From an uncultured bacterium (GTDB taxonomy: Bacteria; Babelota; Babeliae; Babelales; Babelaceae): a stretch of DNA of 64,000 nt. The stretch's first letter is position 1, and every line of letters begins with the position of its first letter. This document shows, piece after piece, positions 1-9,016 of the stretch. The notes beneath the pieces were generated by a model. It was given only the letters and a program-made list of their open reading frames with translations. It did no database searches and was not told where the DNA came from. A program made the position numbers and the translations under genes. The DNA is taken from NCBI GenBank assembly GCA_963717435.1, contig OY970332.1, forward strand, positions 1,089,903-1,153,902, given 5' to 3'.

Positions 1-1
1 T

Positions 2-160
2 CCCAAAAATAAATCCGGCACCCTAAAAGAACTAGTTTTCACGCGCGAATCACTCGTAGATTATTTTATGTATGATAACGAATATAAGTCGACCGATGAA
101 ATCTGGCAAAACTATTTTTATAACTTTGCCTACGCTGCTGCAATCAGGCGCGGGAAATAA
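2..160 (+). CDS. 3' end of an unidentified ORF entering from upstream of the window (partial)
   Basis: The frame is open from the window edge to TAA 158-160 (...VDYFMYDNEYKSTDEIWQNYFYNFAYAAAIRRGK*). No family recognised. It is absent from the ORF track because no start codon lies in the window. Confidence 0.25.
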   Translation, partial: PKNKSGTLKELVFTRESLVDYFMYDNEYKSTDEIWQNYFYNFAYAAAIRRGK

Positions 161-179
161 AGTTCTTATTGTAATTTTA

Positions 180-1358
180 CTAAATCAAATCAATAACTTT
201 ATAACAGTTGTTCCAAGAAAAAACTGAGTTGTGTGTGCGCTTTTGGGACTGATCCCCAGCATAAATTAATGCTCCGTTATTTTCTAATTTCAACTCTTCT
301 TTGAGCCAATTTAGATTATCAAAAAACTGACTTTGTATGGTCATAGAGGCTTTTATTTCCACAAGAGTTTTTACTCCTGGTGTTTCGATTATCAAATCAA
401 CTTCTTTTAAATTTGTATCCCTAAAAAAAGAAAATTGGTTTTGAATGTCACGATTATTGCACTCTTTAATTAAATCTACAATTATCATGTTTTCAAAAAA
501 TTGACCCAAAATTTCACGCCTAGTTTTTAAAAACTCTAAAGATAATCCGGCAATATTTGCAGCCAGACCAACATCATAAAAATATATCTTAGGTGATTTG
601 ACAGCTCTTTTTGAAAGATTATTGTGAAAACTTGGCATCAAGAATAGAATAAAACTTGCCTCCAATATTGATAACCAGGCCTTTGCCGTCACCGTCGTTA
701 TTCCCGCTTCAGAAGCCAGGGATGAAATATTTAATGGTTGGCCAATACGAGCTATACATAACTGAATAAATTTTTTAAAAGTCGAAAGATTTTCTATATT
801 TCTAAGAGATCTAATATCCCGCTCAACATAAGTGTAAAAATATGACTCATAAAATTTTTCAACAAGTTGGGCATATGTGTATAAATTTGGATAAAAACCT
901 TTAACTATCTGGCTCTCAGAACTATCTAATAGAAAATTATTATCTTTTAACTCTTTTATCGAAAGAGGCAATAATTTATAAATATAAACACGACCCGCTA
1001 AAGACTCTGTAATTTTTTCAATAAGCAAAAAGTTTTGGGAACCTGATAAAATATATTTTCCCATTTTATGTCTATCTTTATCAACTTCAACTTTTATTTG
1101 ATCAAACAAAATCGGAGCGTATTGGGCCTCATCAATAATTATCCCATGCTCGTTAGTATTTGCCCTTAAAAAACCCTTAGGATCAGAAAGAGCAAACTGT
1201 AGAACATCTGGCTCCTGCATATCTACATAATTATGCTTTGGGAATATGTGCCTACATAAAGTACTTTTACCAGACTGACGCGGACCGATAACAGAAACTA
1301 CCGGGCTATCCTTGGCGCCTGCTAAAACAGAGTCTGTTATATCTCTTTTTATATACAT
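180..1358 (-). CDS. P-loop ATPase of the AAA/DUF4143 type
   Basis: 392-aa ORF with Walker A GPRQSGKST and Walker B-like GIIIDEAQ. The C-terminal half resembles DUF4143-type ATPases (motif-level only). Confidence 0.7.
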   Translation of the reverse strand: MYIKRDITDSVLAGAKDSPVVSVIGPRQSGKSTLCRHIFPKHNYVDMQEPDVLQFALSDPKGFLRANTNEHGIIIDEAQYAPILFDQIKVEVDKDRHKMGKYILSGSQNFLLIEKITESLAGRVYIYKLLPLSIKELKDNNFLLDSSESQIVKGFYPNLYTYAQLVEKFYESYFYTYVERDIRSLRNIENLSTFKKFIQLCIARIGQPLNISSLASEAGITTVTAKAWLSILEASFILFLMPSFHNNLSKRAVKSPKIYFYDVGLAANIAGLSLEFLKTRREILGQFFENMIIVDLIKECNNRDIQNQFSFFRDTNLKEVDLIIETPGVKTLVEIKASMTIQSQFFDNLNWLKEELKLENNGALIYAGDQSQKRTHNSVFSWNNCYKVIDLI

Positions 1359-1514
1359 TTTTTTGGCCTCAATAAATTAAAAAACAGTTAGATTTATGAA
1401 AACAAGATAATTAAGTATATGATTTTCATAAATTCACGTCAAAAAAACTGATCTTGCACGCCATTAGGGGGTATTAATTTACCCTTTTTGGATTTAATGT
1501 TTTGTTAATCTCTA

Positions 1515-2885
1515 TTAAGTTGGCATTTGCAGCGTCGCCCATGGACTGGTCGCACTTGCGCTGGTTATCGATGTCGTAGACGTAACCGCCCCTGCATTCA
1601 CACCACTTGTCTGATTTGCCCCTGTTGTTCCATTAAAGGCACAGTTGTTGCTCAAAAAAGCATTGCCACTTGTTCCAGTTTGCAAACTAATGCCATATGA
1701 AGTTGAGGAGGCGTTTCCTGTATTGTTCATAAAATCACAATTTATAATTTGATTGCCAGAGACCGGTGTTCCCGAAACAGCCAAAAACCCTTCAGCAGCC
1801 GAAGCTGGTGAATAATTGAAGATTGCTGCGCAGTTTAAAAAAACATTGCCAAAAGCACTTTGAACGCGAAATCCATTAGTATCTCCTGAAGTACACCTAT
1901 TATTTGAAGATATACAATTTAAAAAAACGCATGAATTGACAATGTCTAACGCAAATCCCACACATTCGTTTGTTGCGCCAAAATTGCCATCTGCTATGCA
2001 GTTCCGGAAAGTGTGACAATTACCAGAAATATTAAAAAACAATGACAAATTCGCTCCTCCTGAATTGTTTAAGACCTGACACCCATCAAGCACGTTATAT
2101 TCAGAATTTGTCGCAAAGCTAAAACCAAAAAGTGCAGTACTCGCTGTACTATTATTTCTGACTATACAATCCAGAAAATAGTTCCCAACAATCGTAGATG
2201 ATATTGAATTCAAATTTATGGCGACAAAATTGTGCGCCGAAATGGAATTGGAATTAATATCCAATCTGATAAAGCTGCAATATGTTGTATCTGTAACTCC
2301 TATTACGGACCAGTTCTGTGCAGGTGCCCCGCCATTTTTGCTAAACACGCAGTCTGAGATCAACAGGTTGCTACAATTTGAAAGACTTAAAGCGAAGTCG
2401 GCAGTCGAAGCGGTGCTACTATTGATTATCTTACAGTTTAATATTGAAGACTCTGTTATATTTGTGCCGCCAGTAATTGTAGACGTCCCATTAAAATCTA
2501 TTCCACGAACCTGACAACTATCTATAATTAAATTCTGAAGAAGCAAATTATTACATCCGGCGTTGGCGACTATACCGGCTCGTGTAAAATTTTTTATATA
2601 ACCATTTGTTATTTTAACATCACCAACACCGGCATCTATCTGGATCCCATTACAACTTGCTGTTGCACTACTTTGGGAAATCTCTCTTCCATTAAGATCA
2701 AGATTTACATAACTTGATTGGATTCGAATTGTCCCATTTGTTGCATCACCAGTTGAAAAAATATCATCGTCCAAAATATAGTTTCCCGAAGTTGTGATTA
2801 ACCAATCAACTGATTTAATTTTAAAATTGCAAGACAAAAATAAAATTAATATTAAAAATCCAAAAAACAATTTTTTAATGCCCAT
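1515..2885 (-). CDS. Secreted right-handed parallel beta-helix repeat protein, paralog 1
   Basis: 456 aa with an N-terminal hydrophobic signal (LFFGFLILILFLS). It has Asn/Ser/Thr/Gly/Cys-rich 20-25-aa turns (NGYIKNFTRAGIVANAGCNNLLLQNLIIDSCQVRGIDF) typical of PbH1/pectate-lyase-like beta-helices. The C-terminus is ...SPWATLQMPT. The first ~150 aa are nearly identical to 2945-4315 and 5549-6964. Confidence 0.8.
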   Translation of the reverse strand: MGIKKLFFGFLILILFLSCNFKIKSVDWLITTSGNYILDDDIFSTGDATNGTIRIQSSYVNLDLNGREISQSSATASCNGIQIDAGVGDVKITNGYIKNFTRAGIVANAGCNNLLLQNLIIDSCQVRGIDFNGTSTITGGTNITESSILNCKIINSSTASTADFALSLSNCSNLLISDCVFSKNGGAPAQNWSVIGVTDTTYCSFIRLDINSNSISAHNFVAINLNSISSTIVGNYFLDCIVRNNSTASTALFGFSFATNSEYNVLDGCQVLNNSGGANLSLFFNISGNCHTFRNCIADGNFGATNECVGFALDIVNSCVFLNCISSNNRCTSGDTNGFRVQSAFGNVFLNCAAIFNYSPASAAEGFLAVSGTPVSGNQIINCDFMNNTGNASSTSYGISLQTGTSGNAFLSNNCAFNGTTGANQTSGVNAGAVTSTTSITSASATSPWATLQMPT

Positions 2886-2944
2886 TACTAACCCTTTTTA
2901 AATTTTTATTCTTACTCTTAAATCACTATTATTAATTTTATTTA

Positions 2945-4315
2945 TTAAGTTGGCATCTGCAACGTTGTCCACGGCACAGTCACGCTTGCGCTCGTTACGG
3001 ACGTTGTCGCACTAACGGCTCCGGAATTAACACCCTGTGTCTGATTTGCTCCCGTTGATCCATTAAAGGCACAAGTATTTCTCAAAAATGCATTGCTTGA
3101 CCCACTGGCAGCAAAATTAATACCATATGAGTTTATAGGTCCTGTATTTCCTATAAATTGACAATCTTTGATTTCATTCATATTAACCGTTCCTGTACTC
3201 AGACTCATGCCCATGGCCGTAGTGACCCTGCCAATATTATAATTTGCCACGCAACGTAAGATCACATTTCCAATTGACGACTGAACTCTGAACCCATCCA
3301 CTTCGAACCCTGCAATATTATTAGAAGACACGCAATCCATGAACACGCTCGCATTAGTATTATTAAGCCAAATCCCAAGCGTCTGGCCGGTGGATTCTGT
3401 GGCGATATTACCATCTGCTATACAACCAACAAATGTGTTTGATATTCCGGGTGATGAAAATCCTACGGTCAGAAGGGCTGAAGAATTGTTTAATGCCTGA
3501 CAATTTTTAAATACATTGTATTCAGAATTTGTTGATGTCTGGAAACCTACAAACTGCCCGTTTGTTTGAGGGACACTATTATTTCTAGCGATACAATCTA
3601 CAAAATAGTTTCCTATAAGTTCCCCAGCTATGGAATTAAGAGATATTCCGTTCATTTGGTGTGCAGTTGAAATTGAATTGGAGTTAATATCTAATCTTAC
3701 AAAACTGCAATAACTTGAATCTGTAAGACCCACTATGGTAAAATTCTGCGCCGGGTTATTGCCGTTGGTGCTGAACTCACAGTCTGAGACCAATATTCTT
3801 GCGCAGTTTGATAAACTCAAAACAAAATCTGCCGTTGTAGATGTGCCACTATTAATTATTTTGCAGTTTGTTATCGAAGACTCTGTGATATTTGTGCCGC
3901 CCCTTATAGTTGACGTTCCGTTAAAATCTATTCCACGAACCTGGCAGCTATCGATAATTAAATTCTGCAAATATAGATTATTGCATCCGGCGTTGGCGAC
4001 AATTCCAGACTGTGTAAAATTTTTTATATAGCCATTAGATATTTTAACATCCCCAACACCAGCATCTATCTGGATCCCATTACAACTTGCTGTTGCACTA
4101 CTTTGGGAAATCTCTCTTCCATTAAGATCAAGATTTACATAACTTGATTGGATTCTAATTGTCCCGTTTGTTGCATCACCAGTTGAAAAAACATCGTCAT
4201 CTAAAATATAATTTCCCGAAGTTGTAATTAACCAGTCGACAGCTTTAATTTTAAAATTGCAAGACAAAAATAAAATTAATATTAAAAATCTAAAAAACAA
4301 TTTTTTAATGCTCAT
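2945..4315 (-). CDS. Secreted parallel beta-helix repeat protein, paralog 2
   Basis: 456 aa with the same signal peptide and N-terminal ~215 aa as paralogs 1 and 4. The centre is divergent. The C-terminus is ...VPWTTLQMPT. Confidence 0.8.
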   Translation of the reverse strand: MSIKKLFFRFLILILFLSCNFKIKAVDWLITTSGNYILDDDVFSTGDATNGTIRIQSSYVNLDLNGREISQSSATASCNGIQIDAGVGDVKISNGYIKNFTQSGIVANAGCNNLYLQNLIIDSCQVRGIDFNGTSTIRGGTNITESSITNCKIINSGTSTTADFVLSLSNCARILVSDCEFSTNGNNPAQNFTIVGLTDSSYCSFVRLDINSNSISTAHQMNGISLNSIAGELIGNYFVDCIARNNSVPQTNGQFVGFQTSTNSEYNVFKNCQALNNSSALLTVGFSSPGISNTFVGCIADGNIATESTGQTLGIWLNNTNASVFMDCVSSNNIAGFEVDGFRVQSSIGNVILRCVANYNIGRVTTAMGMSLSTGTVNMNEIKDCQFIGNTGPINSYGINFAASGSSNAFLRNTCAFNGSTGANQTQGVNSGAVSATTSVTSASVTVPWTTLQMPT

Positions 4316-4355
4316 TGCTATGCCCTTTTTAAATTTTTGCTCTTGCTATTAAAAA

Positions 4356-5507
4356 CTAGTCACTATTTGCTTGTGTAGAGTTATTATAAAACGAATTATG
4401 TCTGAAAATATTGTTATTCATAGTATAAGTATCCAAGTAAGCAAGTCCCGCAAGGCCCTGATTATTATTAAGAATGCAATTCAATGCTGAACTTTGTATC
4501 GCACCATCAAAAAGAATTCCGTAGCCAGCATTTCCGCCTTGATTGGAAAATGCATAGGCCTGGATAATATGTGAAGCGGACTCGGTTCCTGTCATGACAA
4601 AACCCGCGCCAATATTTCCACCAACATTAGATTGTCCATCGCACTGATCAAATACATTACTTATGCCGTCATATGCGCTGAAGCCGATTCCGCATCCAGC
4701 TTGAGAAACATTATTAGAACCAATGCAGTACGCCATGCCTGCGGTTTTTGTGGAATCAAATATAAATCCAGCTGCAGTGGATGTTGAAAGATTATCAAGA
4801 GTGTAATTATTGGAACCGGCGCAATATAATATTTTGCAATCGTTACAATTTTTGAAATAAGCACCTACACCAAACGGCGTTCCGCCATTGTAAAGAAACA
4901 CTGTGTTTGTAAAATGGCAAGTTTCTGAATTATAAAAATATGCACCATAGCCCGAAGCAGTGTAAGAAAAATTATTTGTAAAATAGACATGCACCATATC
5001 GATAAATGTCGTGTTGTTAAAAATACCGCCATAAGCAGCACCGCCGTTAACCCCAAGACTTCCTGAAAATGCACTTTCTGCAATACTTATCCCTGCTATC
5101 CCGTAAGTACTACCATCGCAAATTATGCCACCAGCGGCACAGCTTATAGTAAGAATATTATCGATTGTGATATCGCTGCAACCATCTGCTATGTAGATTC
5201 CATATCCTGTAAAATTTTTAAAAACACCGTTCTTTATAGTTACGTTTGAGATACCCGGAGCCAAAGTTATTCCATTAAAAGCTAGAGCGGTACCAGTTTG
5301 AATATAAGTTCGCTCAGAAAGATCGATTATCACATCCCCTGATGTAATATAACAGTAGCTATCAGAATTGATTGTCGGGTTGTATGGACCGCTTGGACTA
5401 AATCTATAATATCCCGGCTGATTCACGACTGTGGCGATGGACATCCCGAAACAAGATCCATAATTTATTAAGCCCATAATCAATAAGCTTTTTAATCTCA
5501 AATTCAT
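4356..5507 (-). CDS. Secreted beta-helix-like repeat protein, divergent paralog 3
   Basis: 383 aa with a signal peptide (LKSLLIMGLINYGSCFG) and the same N-terminal logic (ITSGDVIIDLSERTY...GITLAPGISNVTIKNGVFKNFTGYGIYI). It has Gly/Asn-rich turns. It lacks the PWxxL C-terminus. Confidence 0.7.
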   Translation of the reverse strand: MNLRLKSLLIMGLINYGSCFGMSIATVVNQPGYYRFSPSGPYNPTINSDSYCYITSGDVIIDLSERTYIQTGTALAFNGITLAPGISNVTIKNGVFKNFTGYGIYIADGCSDITIDNILTISCAAGGIICDGSTYGIAGISIAESAFSGSLGVNGGAAYGGIFNNTTFIDMVHVYFTNNFSYTASGYGAYFYNSETCHFTNTVFLYNGGTPFGVGAYFKNCNDCKILYCAGSNNYTLDNLSTSTAAGFIFDSTKTAGMAYCIGSNNVSQAGCGIGFSAYDGISNVFDQCDGQSNVGGNIGAGFVMTGTESASHIIQAYAFSNQGGNAGYGILFDGAIQSSALNCILNNNQGLAGLAYLDTYTMNNNIFRHNSFYNNSTQANSD

Positions 5508-5548
5508 AATTAGCCCTTATATTATTAGTATTATTATTAATTTATTTA

Positions 5549-6964
5549 TTAAGTTGGCATCTGCAACGTTGTCCACGGCGCGGTCACACTTGCGCTCGTT
5601 ATCGATGTTGTAGCCGTAACAGCACCGGCATTCACCCCCGATGTCTGATTTGCACCCGTTGTTCCATTAAATGCACAAGTTGTCCTCAAATATGCATTAC
5701 TTGACCCTGAAGCGGCAAAACGAATTCCATACGAGTTTGCCGCACTGCTTCCGGTATTTCCAATAAACTCACAATCTTTAATTTCATTAGTGTTAACTGT
5801 TCCACTAAACAAATACATACCTGCTGCGGTAGCATTTGTAGTCGTGCTCAAATTATAATTTGCTACACAACGCAAGAAGACATTCCCTACAGAAGATTGA
5901 ACGAGGAATCCAACCACTAGAGACCCACTCGCGCCTGAAACTATTGAAAAATTATTGGAAGCGACACAATCCATAAAAACACTAGCATTCGCACCGTTAA
6001 CAAGGAATCCAAACGTATTAAGCGCACCAGTATTTGAAGTAGAGTTATTGCCATTTGCTATACAAGCTATGAATGTGTTTGTTATTCCGGGCGTTGAAAA
6101 GCCTACACATTCGGCATTAGCCGAATTATTTAAAGCCTGGCAATTTTTAAATACGTTATATTCAGAATTTGCTGATGTCTGAAAGCCTATAAAGAAGGAG
6201 CTGGCGCTCGCCGCTGGAACCATATTATTTCTTGCTATGCAATCAACAAAATAGTTTCCTATAAGTTCCGCAGCAACTGAATTAAAATATACTCCGTACA
6301 TTTGGTGCGCAGTTGAAATCGAATTAGAGTTAATATCTAATCTTACAAAGCTGCAATAGCTTGAATCTGTGAGAGTCACTATACCAAAATTGGTTGATGT
6401 AGTAGCCCCGCCATTTGTGCTGAACACGCAATCTGAGACAAGTATTCTTGCGCAATTGGATAAACTCAAAACAAAATCTGCAGTTGTTGCCGTACTGCTG
6501 TTAATTATTTTGCAATTGGTTATCGAAGACTCTGTTATATTTGTACCGCCCCTTATAGTTGAAGTTCCATTGAAATCTATTCCACGAACCTGGCAGCCAT
6601 CGATAATTAAATTCTGCAAATATAGATTATTGCACCCGGCGTTGGCGACAATTCCAGACTGTGTAAAATTTTTTATATAGCCATTAGATATTTTAACATC
6701 CCCAACACCAGCATCTATCTGGATCCCATTGCAGCTTGCTGTTGCGCTACTTTGATAGATAACTCTTCCATTAAGATCAAGATTTACATAACTTGATTGG
6801 ATTCTAATTGTCCCGTTTGTTGCATCACCAGTTGAAAAAATATCGTCATCTAAAATATAGTTTCCCGAAGTTGTGATTAACCAATCAACTGATTTAATTT
6901 TAAAACTGTAAGACAAAAATAAAATTAATATTAAAAACCCATATGCTAACTTTTTGCTGTACAT
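5549..6964 (-). CDS. Secreted parallel beta-helix repeat protein, paralog 4
   Basis: 471 aa, closest to paralog 2 along its whole length, with small insertions in the centre. The C-terminus is ...APWTTLQMPT. Confidence 0.8.
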   Translation of the reverse strand: MYSKKLAYGFLILILFLSYSFKIKSVDWLITTSGNYILDDDIFSTGDATNGTIRIQSSYVNLDLNGRVIYQSSATASCNGIQIDAGVGDVKISNGYIKNFTQSGIVANAGCNNLYLQNLIIDGCQVRGIDFNGTSTIRGGTNITESSITNCKIINSSTATTADFVLSLSNCARILVSDCVFSTNGGATTSTNFGIVTLTDSSYCSFVRLDINSNSISTAHQMYGVYFNSVAAELIGNYFVDCIARNNMVPAASASSFFIGFQTSANSEYNVFKNCQALNNSANAECVGFSTPGITNTFIACIANGNNSTSNTGALNTFGFLVNGANASVFMDCVASNNFSIVSGASGSLVVGFLVQSSVGNVFLRCVANYNLSTTTNATAAGMYLFSGTVNTNEIKDCEFIGNTGSSAANSYGIRFAASGSSNAYLRTTCAFNGTTGANQTSGVNAGAVTATTSITSASVTAPWTTLQMPT

Positions 6965-7043
6965 TACTATCGCCTTTTTTTTACTTTATTACTTCACCCA
7001 ATATGTATAAAATTTAATTTATTTTGTAAATAATAAAAAATTT

Positions 7044-8735
7044 TTAACTCGCTATTCTCAAATTTGTCCATGGAGACATAGCGCTACTTACCCTTGACGA
7101 AGGAGACACGCCACCGCCACCACCAGGTGTCATCATTGAACCTACTGGCAAGCCAAACAATTGATTTGCAATCAATGGCGTTGTTACGCCATTTGCATAT
7201 GAAATATTCTGGGTAAAAATATTATTACTATTTAGTGTATAAATTCCATACGAGTTGGCATCCACCGTTGCTGCATTTTGGCTAACCATGCAACCTGAAA
7301 TCACATTGCTTGATGAACTGGCATCTAAGTATATGCCGTAAGCCTGCTGCAGCGACGTGGCTGCCGTATTACTTTTTATTACGCAATTCGATATATTATT
7401 TCCCGTGCTATTAGCTGCACCGGAACTGAGGTATATACCAATAAAAACTTGACCTTGTGCAGTATTTGATTCGATTCTGCAGGACGTAATATCGTTTGCT
7501 TGTGCCTGCGCTATTTGGATCCCATAGAAGGTTGTTGTATGCAGATTACCTGATATCAAACAATCACTAATGAAATTACTATAGCTGAGTGTACCTACCA
7601 CAACAAGGCCGGGGCTAAGACGTTGATTATTTGTAATTAAACATCTTAAGACTGAATTTAATGCTGAGGCTGAAATATAAAAAGCATTTAAAAAACATGT
7701 ATTTCCGCTAATCACGCAATCTTCAAATACATTACCTGCTGTCAGGCCCGACGAAGCAGGGGAAGCTGAACTATTCCCAATTAAAGATACAAATGCTCCC
7801 GATGATGAAGAAGTAGCAATGTTTCCCTGAGCCACACAGTTCCTGACAAAATTATTAGAGCTGTATTGAAGGTTAAAACAAGTAAAATCGACAGGAACAG
7901 TATTGCCAAGAAATTGACAATTTTCAATAAAATTTTGGCTACAGGTATTAGCAGACAGAGAATTCAGCGCTATCCCGTAAGATACGCCTGCGTTGATGAG
8001 ATTATTTCTAATTGAGACATCTGAGATAATATTATTAGAGCAAAGTGATGATACAGTTGTAAGCTGTATGGCATACAGATTACCAGTTGAGCCACCTCCC
8101 GTGTTTTCACTTATATCAATATTTTTTAAAGAACAAGAATTTGAGTCTGTTAAGCCTATAAATGAAAAGCTACTGCTGTTTGTAGTATTATTATTAAACG
8201 TGCAACCTGAAACAAGAACTGATTGGCAGTTTGAAAGATTTATGCCAAAATCTGAAGAGGCATTGGAAAAACAGCCTATAAAGTTGCAGTTATTGATTTG
8301 CGAAGCCGTTATATTTGACCCACCCGTTCCGGTAAAAGTACCAGAAAAATCTATACCCCGTGTCTGGCAATTTGCAAAATCAAGATTTTGCAAAGTAATC
8401 ACACTACAACCTGCCTGAGCTAATACGCCAGCACGGGTAAAGCCAAGTAGCGTCCCGTTTTGTATCGTTACGTTTGTAACACCGGGCGCAATTACGATTC
8501 CGTTACAACTTGCTGTCGCCGTTGTCTGGATCACTGAATATTCGTTCAGGTCCAATGTAACATAACTTGCCTGAATCAAGATCGTTCCGTTAGGATCGCC
8601 GCTTGATGTAATATTTGTTCCAAGTTCGTAGTTACCGGAATGCGTAATTAAAAAATCTGTCGTATGCGTTGTGTTAAAAAAAGATATTAAAAAAAATAAG
8701 CTTAAAATTAATTTATTAAATTCTTTTGCCCGCAT
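7044..8735 (-). CDS. Secreted parallel beta-helix repeat protein, paralog 5 (start trimmed)
   Basis: The ORF track gives 7044-8870, but the first 45 codons read through a GC-rich intergenic repeat. Met46 (MRAKEFNKLILSLFFLISFF, ATG at 8735) begins a normal signal peptide followed by the family N-terminus (DFLITHSGNYELG...YVTLDLNEY). The C-terminus is ...SPWTNLRIAS. Confidence 0.7.
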   Translation of the reverse strand: MRAKEFNKLILSLFFLISFFNTTHTTDFLITHSGNYELGTNITSSGDPNGTILIQASYVTLDLNEYSVIQTTATASCNGIVIAPGVTNVTIQNGTLLGFTRAGVLAQAGCSVITLQNLDFANCQTRGIDFSGTFTGTGGSNITASQINNCNFIGCFSNASSDFGINLSNCQSVLVSGCTFNNNTTNSSSFSFIGLTDSNSCSLKNIDISENTGGGSTGNLYAIQLTTVSSLCSNNIISDVSIRNNLINAGVSYGIALNSLSANTCSQNFIENCQFLGNTVPVDFTCFNLQYSSNNFVRNCVAQGNIATSSSSGAFVSLIGNSSASPASSGLTAGNVFEDCVISGNTCFLNAFYISASALNSVLRCLITNNQRLSPGLVVVGTLSYSNFISDCLISGNLHTTTFYGIQIAQAQANDITSCRIESNTAQGQVFIGIYLSSGAANSTGNNISNCVIKSNTAATSLQQAYGIYLDASSSSNVISGCMVSQNAATVDANSYGIYTLNSNNIFTQNISYANGVTTPLIANQLFGLPVGSMMTPGGGGGVSPSSRVSSAMSPWTNLRIAS

Positions 8736-8807
8736 CCCTCGATACACCCTTCGGGCACTCCCAGGCTTCGTGCAAGACTTCGCCGGGCGCGGGGGGAGGA
8801 GCGGCTT
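8736..8807. repeat. Diverged copy of the GC-rich miniature element family
   Basis: ccctcgatacacccttcgggcactcc...gccgggcgcggggggaggagcgg shares the ccctcgataca core with the copies at 23927, 29571, 41548 and 45382. It is a GC-rich island in AT-rich DNA. Confidence 0.45.
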
Positions 8808-9016
8808 TTGGGAATTATTTTTTTGAGTTTTAACCACCTTGATAAACTTATTAATTGTTTTGCAAATCATTAATTAGTCATCCTTTTTTTGATTTATATC
8901 TTCCTGACTGACTCGGGCAAATTTTGCCAACCTTCTTTGGAGCGGGTTTTTTATTTTTCCCCGCTCCTGCGCATATCATATTCAACTTTTTTACGAGCTT
9001 CAACATATAATCCCTT

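Noticed and set aside
1392-1433. An 11-nt perfect inverted repeat ATTTATGAAAA-N20-TTTTCATAAAT between the ATPase gene and paralog 1.
   Set aside because: The AT-only arms and 20-nt loop make a poor terminator, and such repeats are expected by chance in AT-rich spacers. There is no second occurrence to support an operator.
2218-8418. Plus-strand ORFs 2218-2514, 3735-4031, 5955-6182, 6369-6680 and 7993-8418, and same-strand alternative-frame ORFs 4661-4864 and 4865-5083.
   Set aside because: They lie wholly inside the beta-helix paralogs. They are conserved only because the opposite or other frame is conserved, and their stop-poor composition explains them.
1515-8735. Chlamydial Pmp-like autotransporters or a DGR-diversified target family.
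   Set aside because: GGA(I/L/V)/FxxN motifs are not consistently present and there is no C-terminal beta-barrel translocator. No reverse transcriptase or template repeat is in the window. Variation looks like paralog divergence or gene conversion.
8736-8870. The N-terminal 45 codons of ORF 7044-8870.
   Set aside because: They translate a GC-rich intergenic repeat copy. The paralog-typical signal peptide starts at Met46 (8735).
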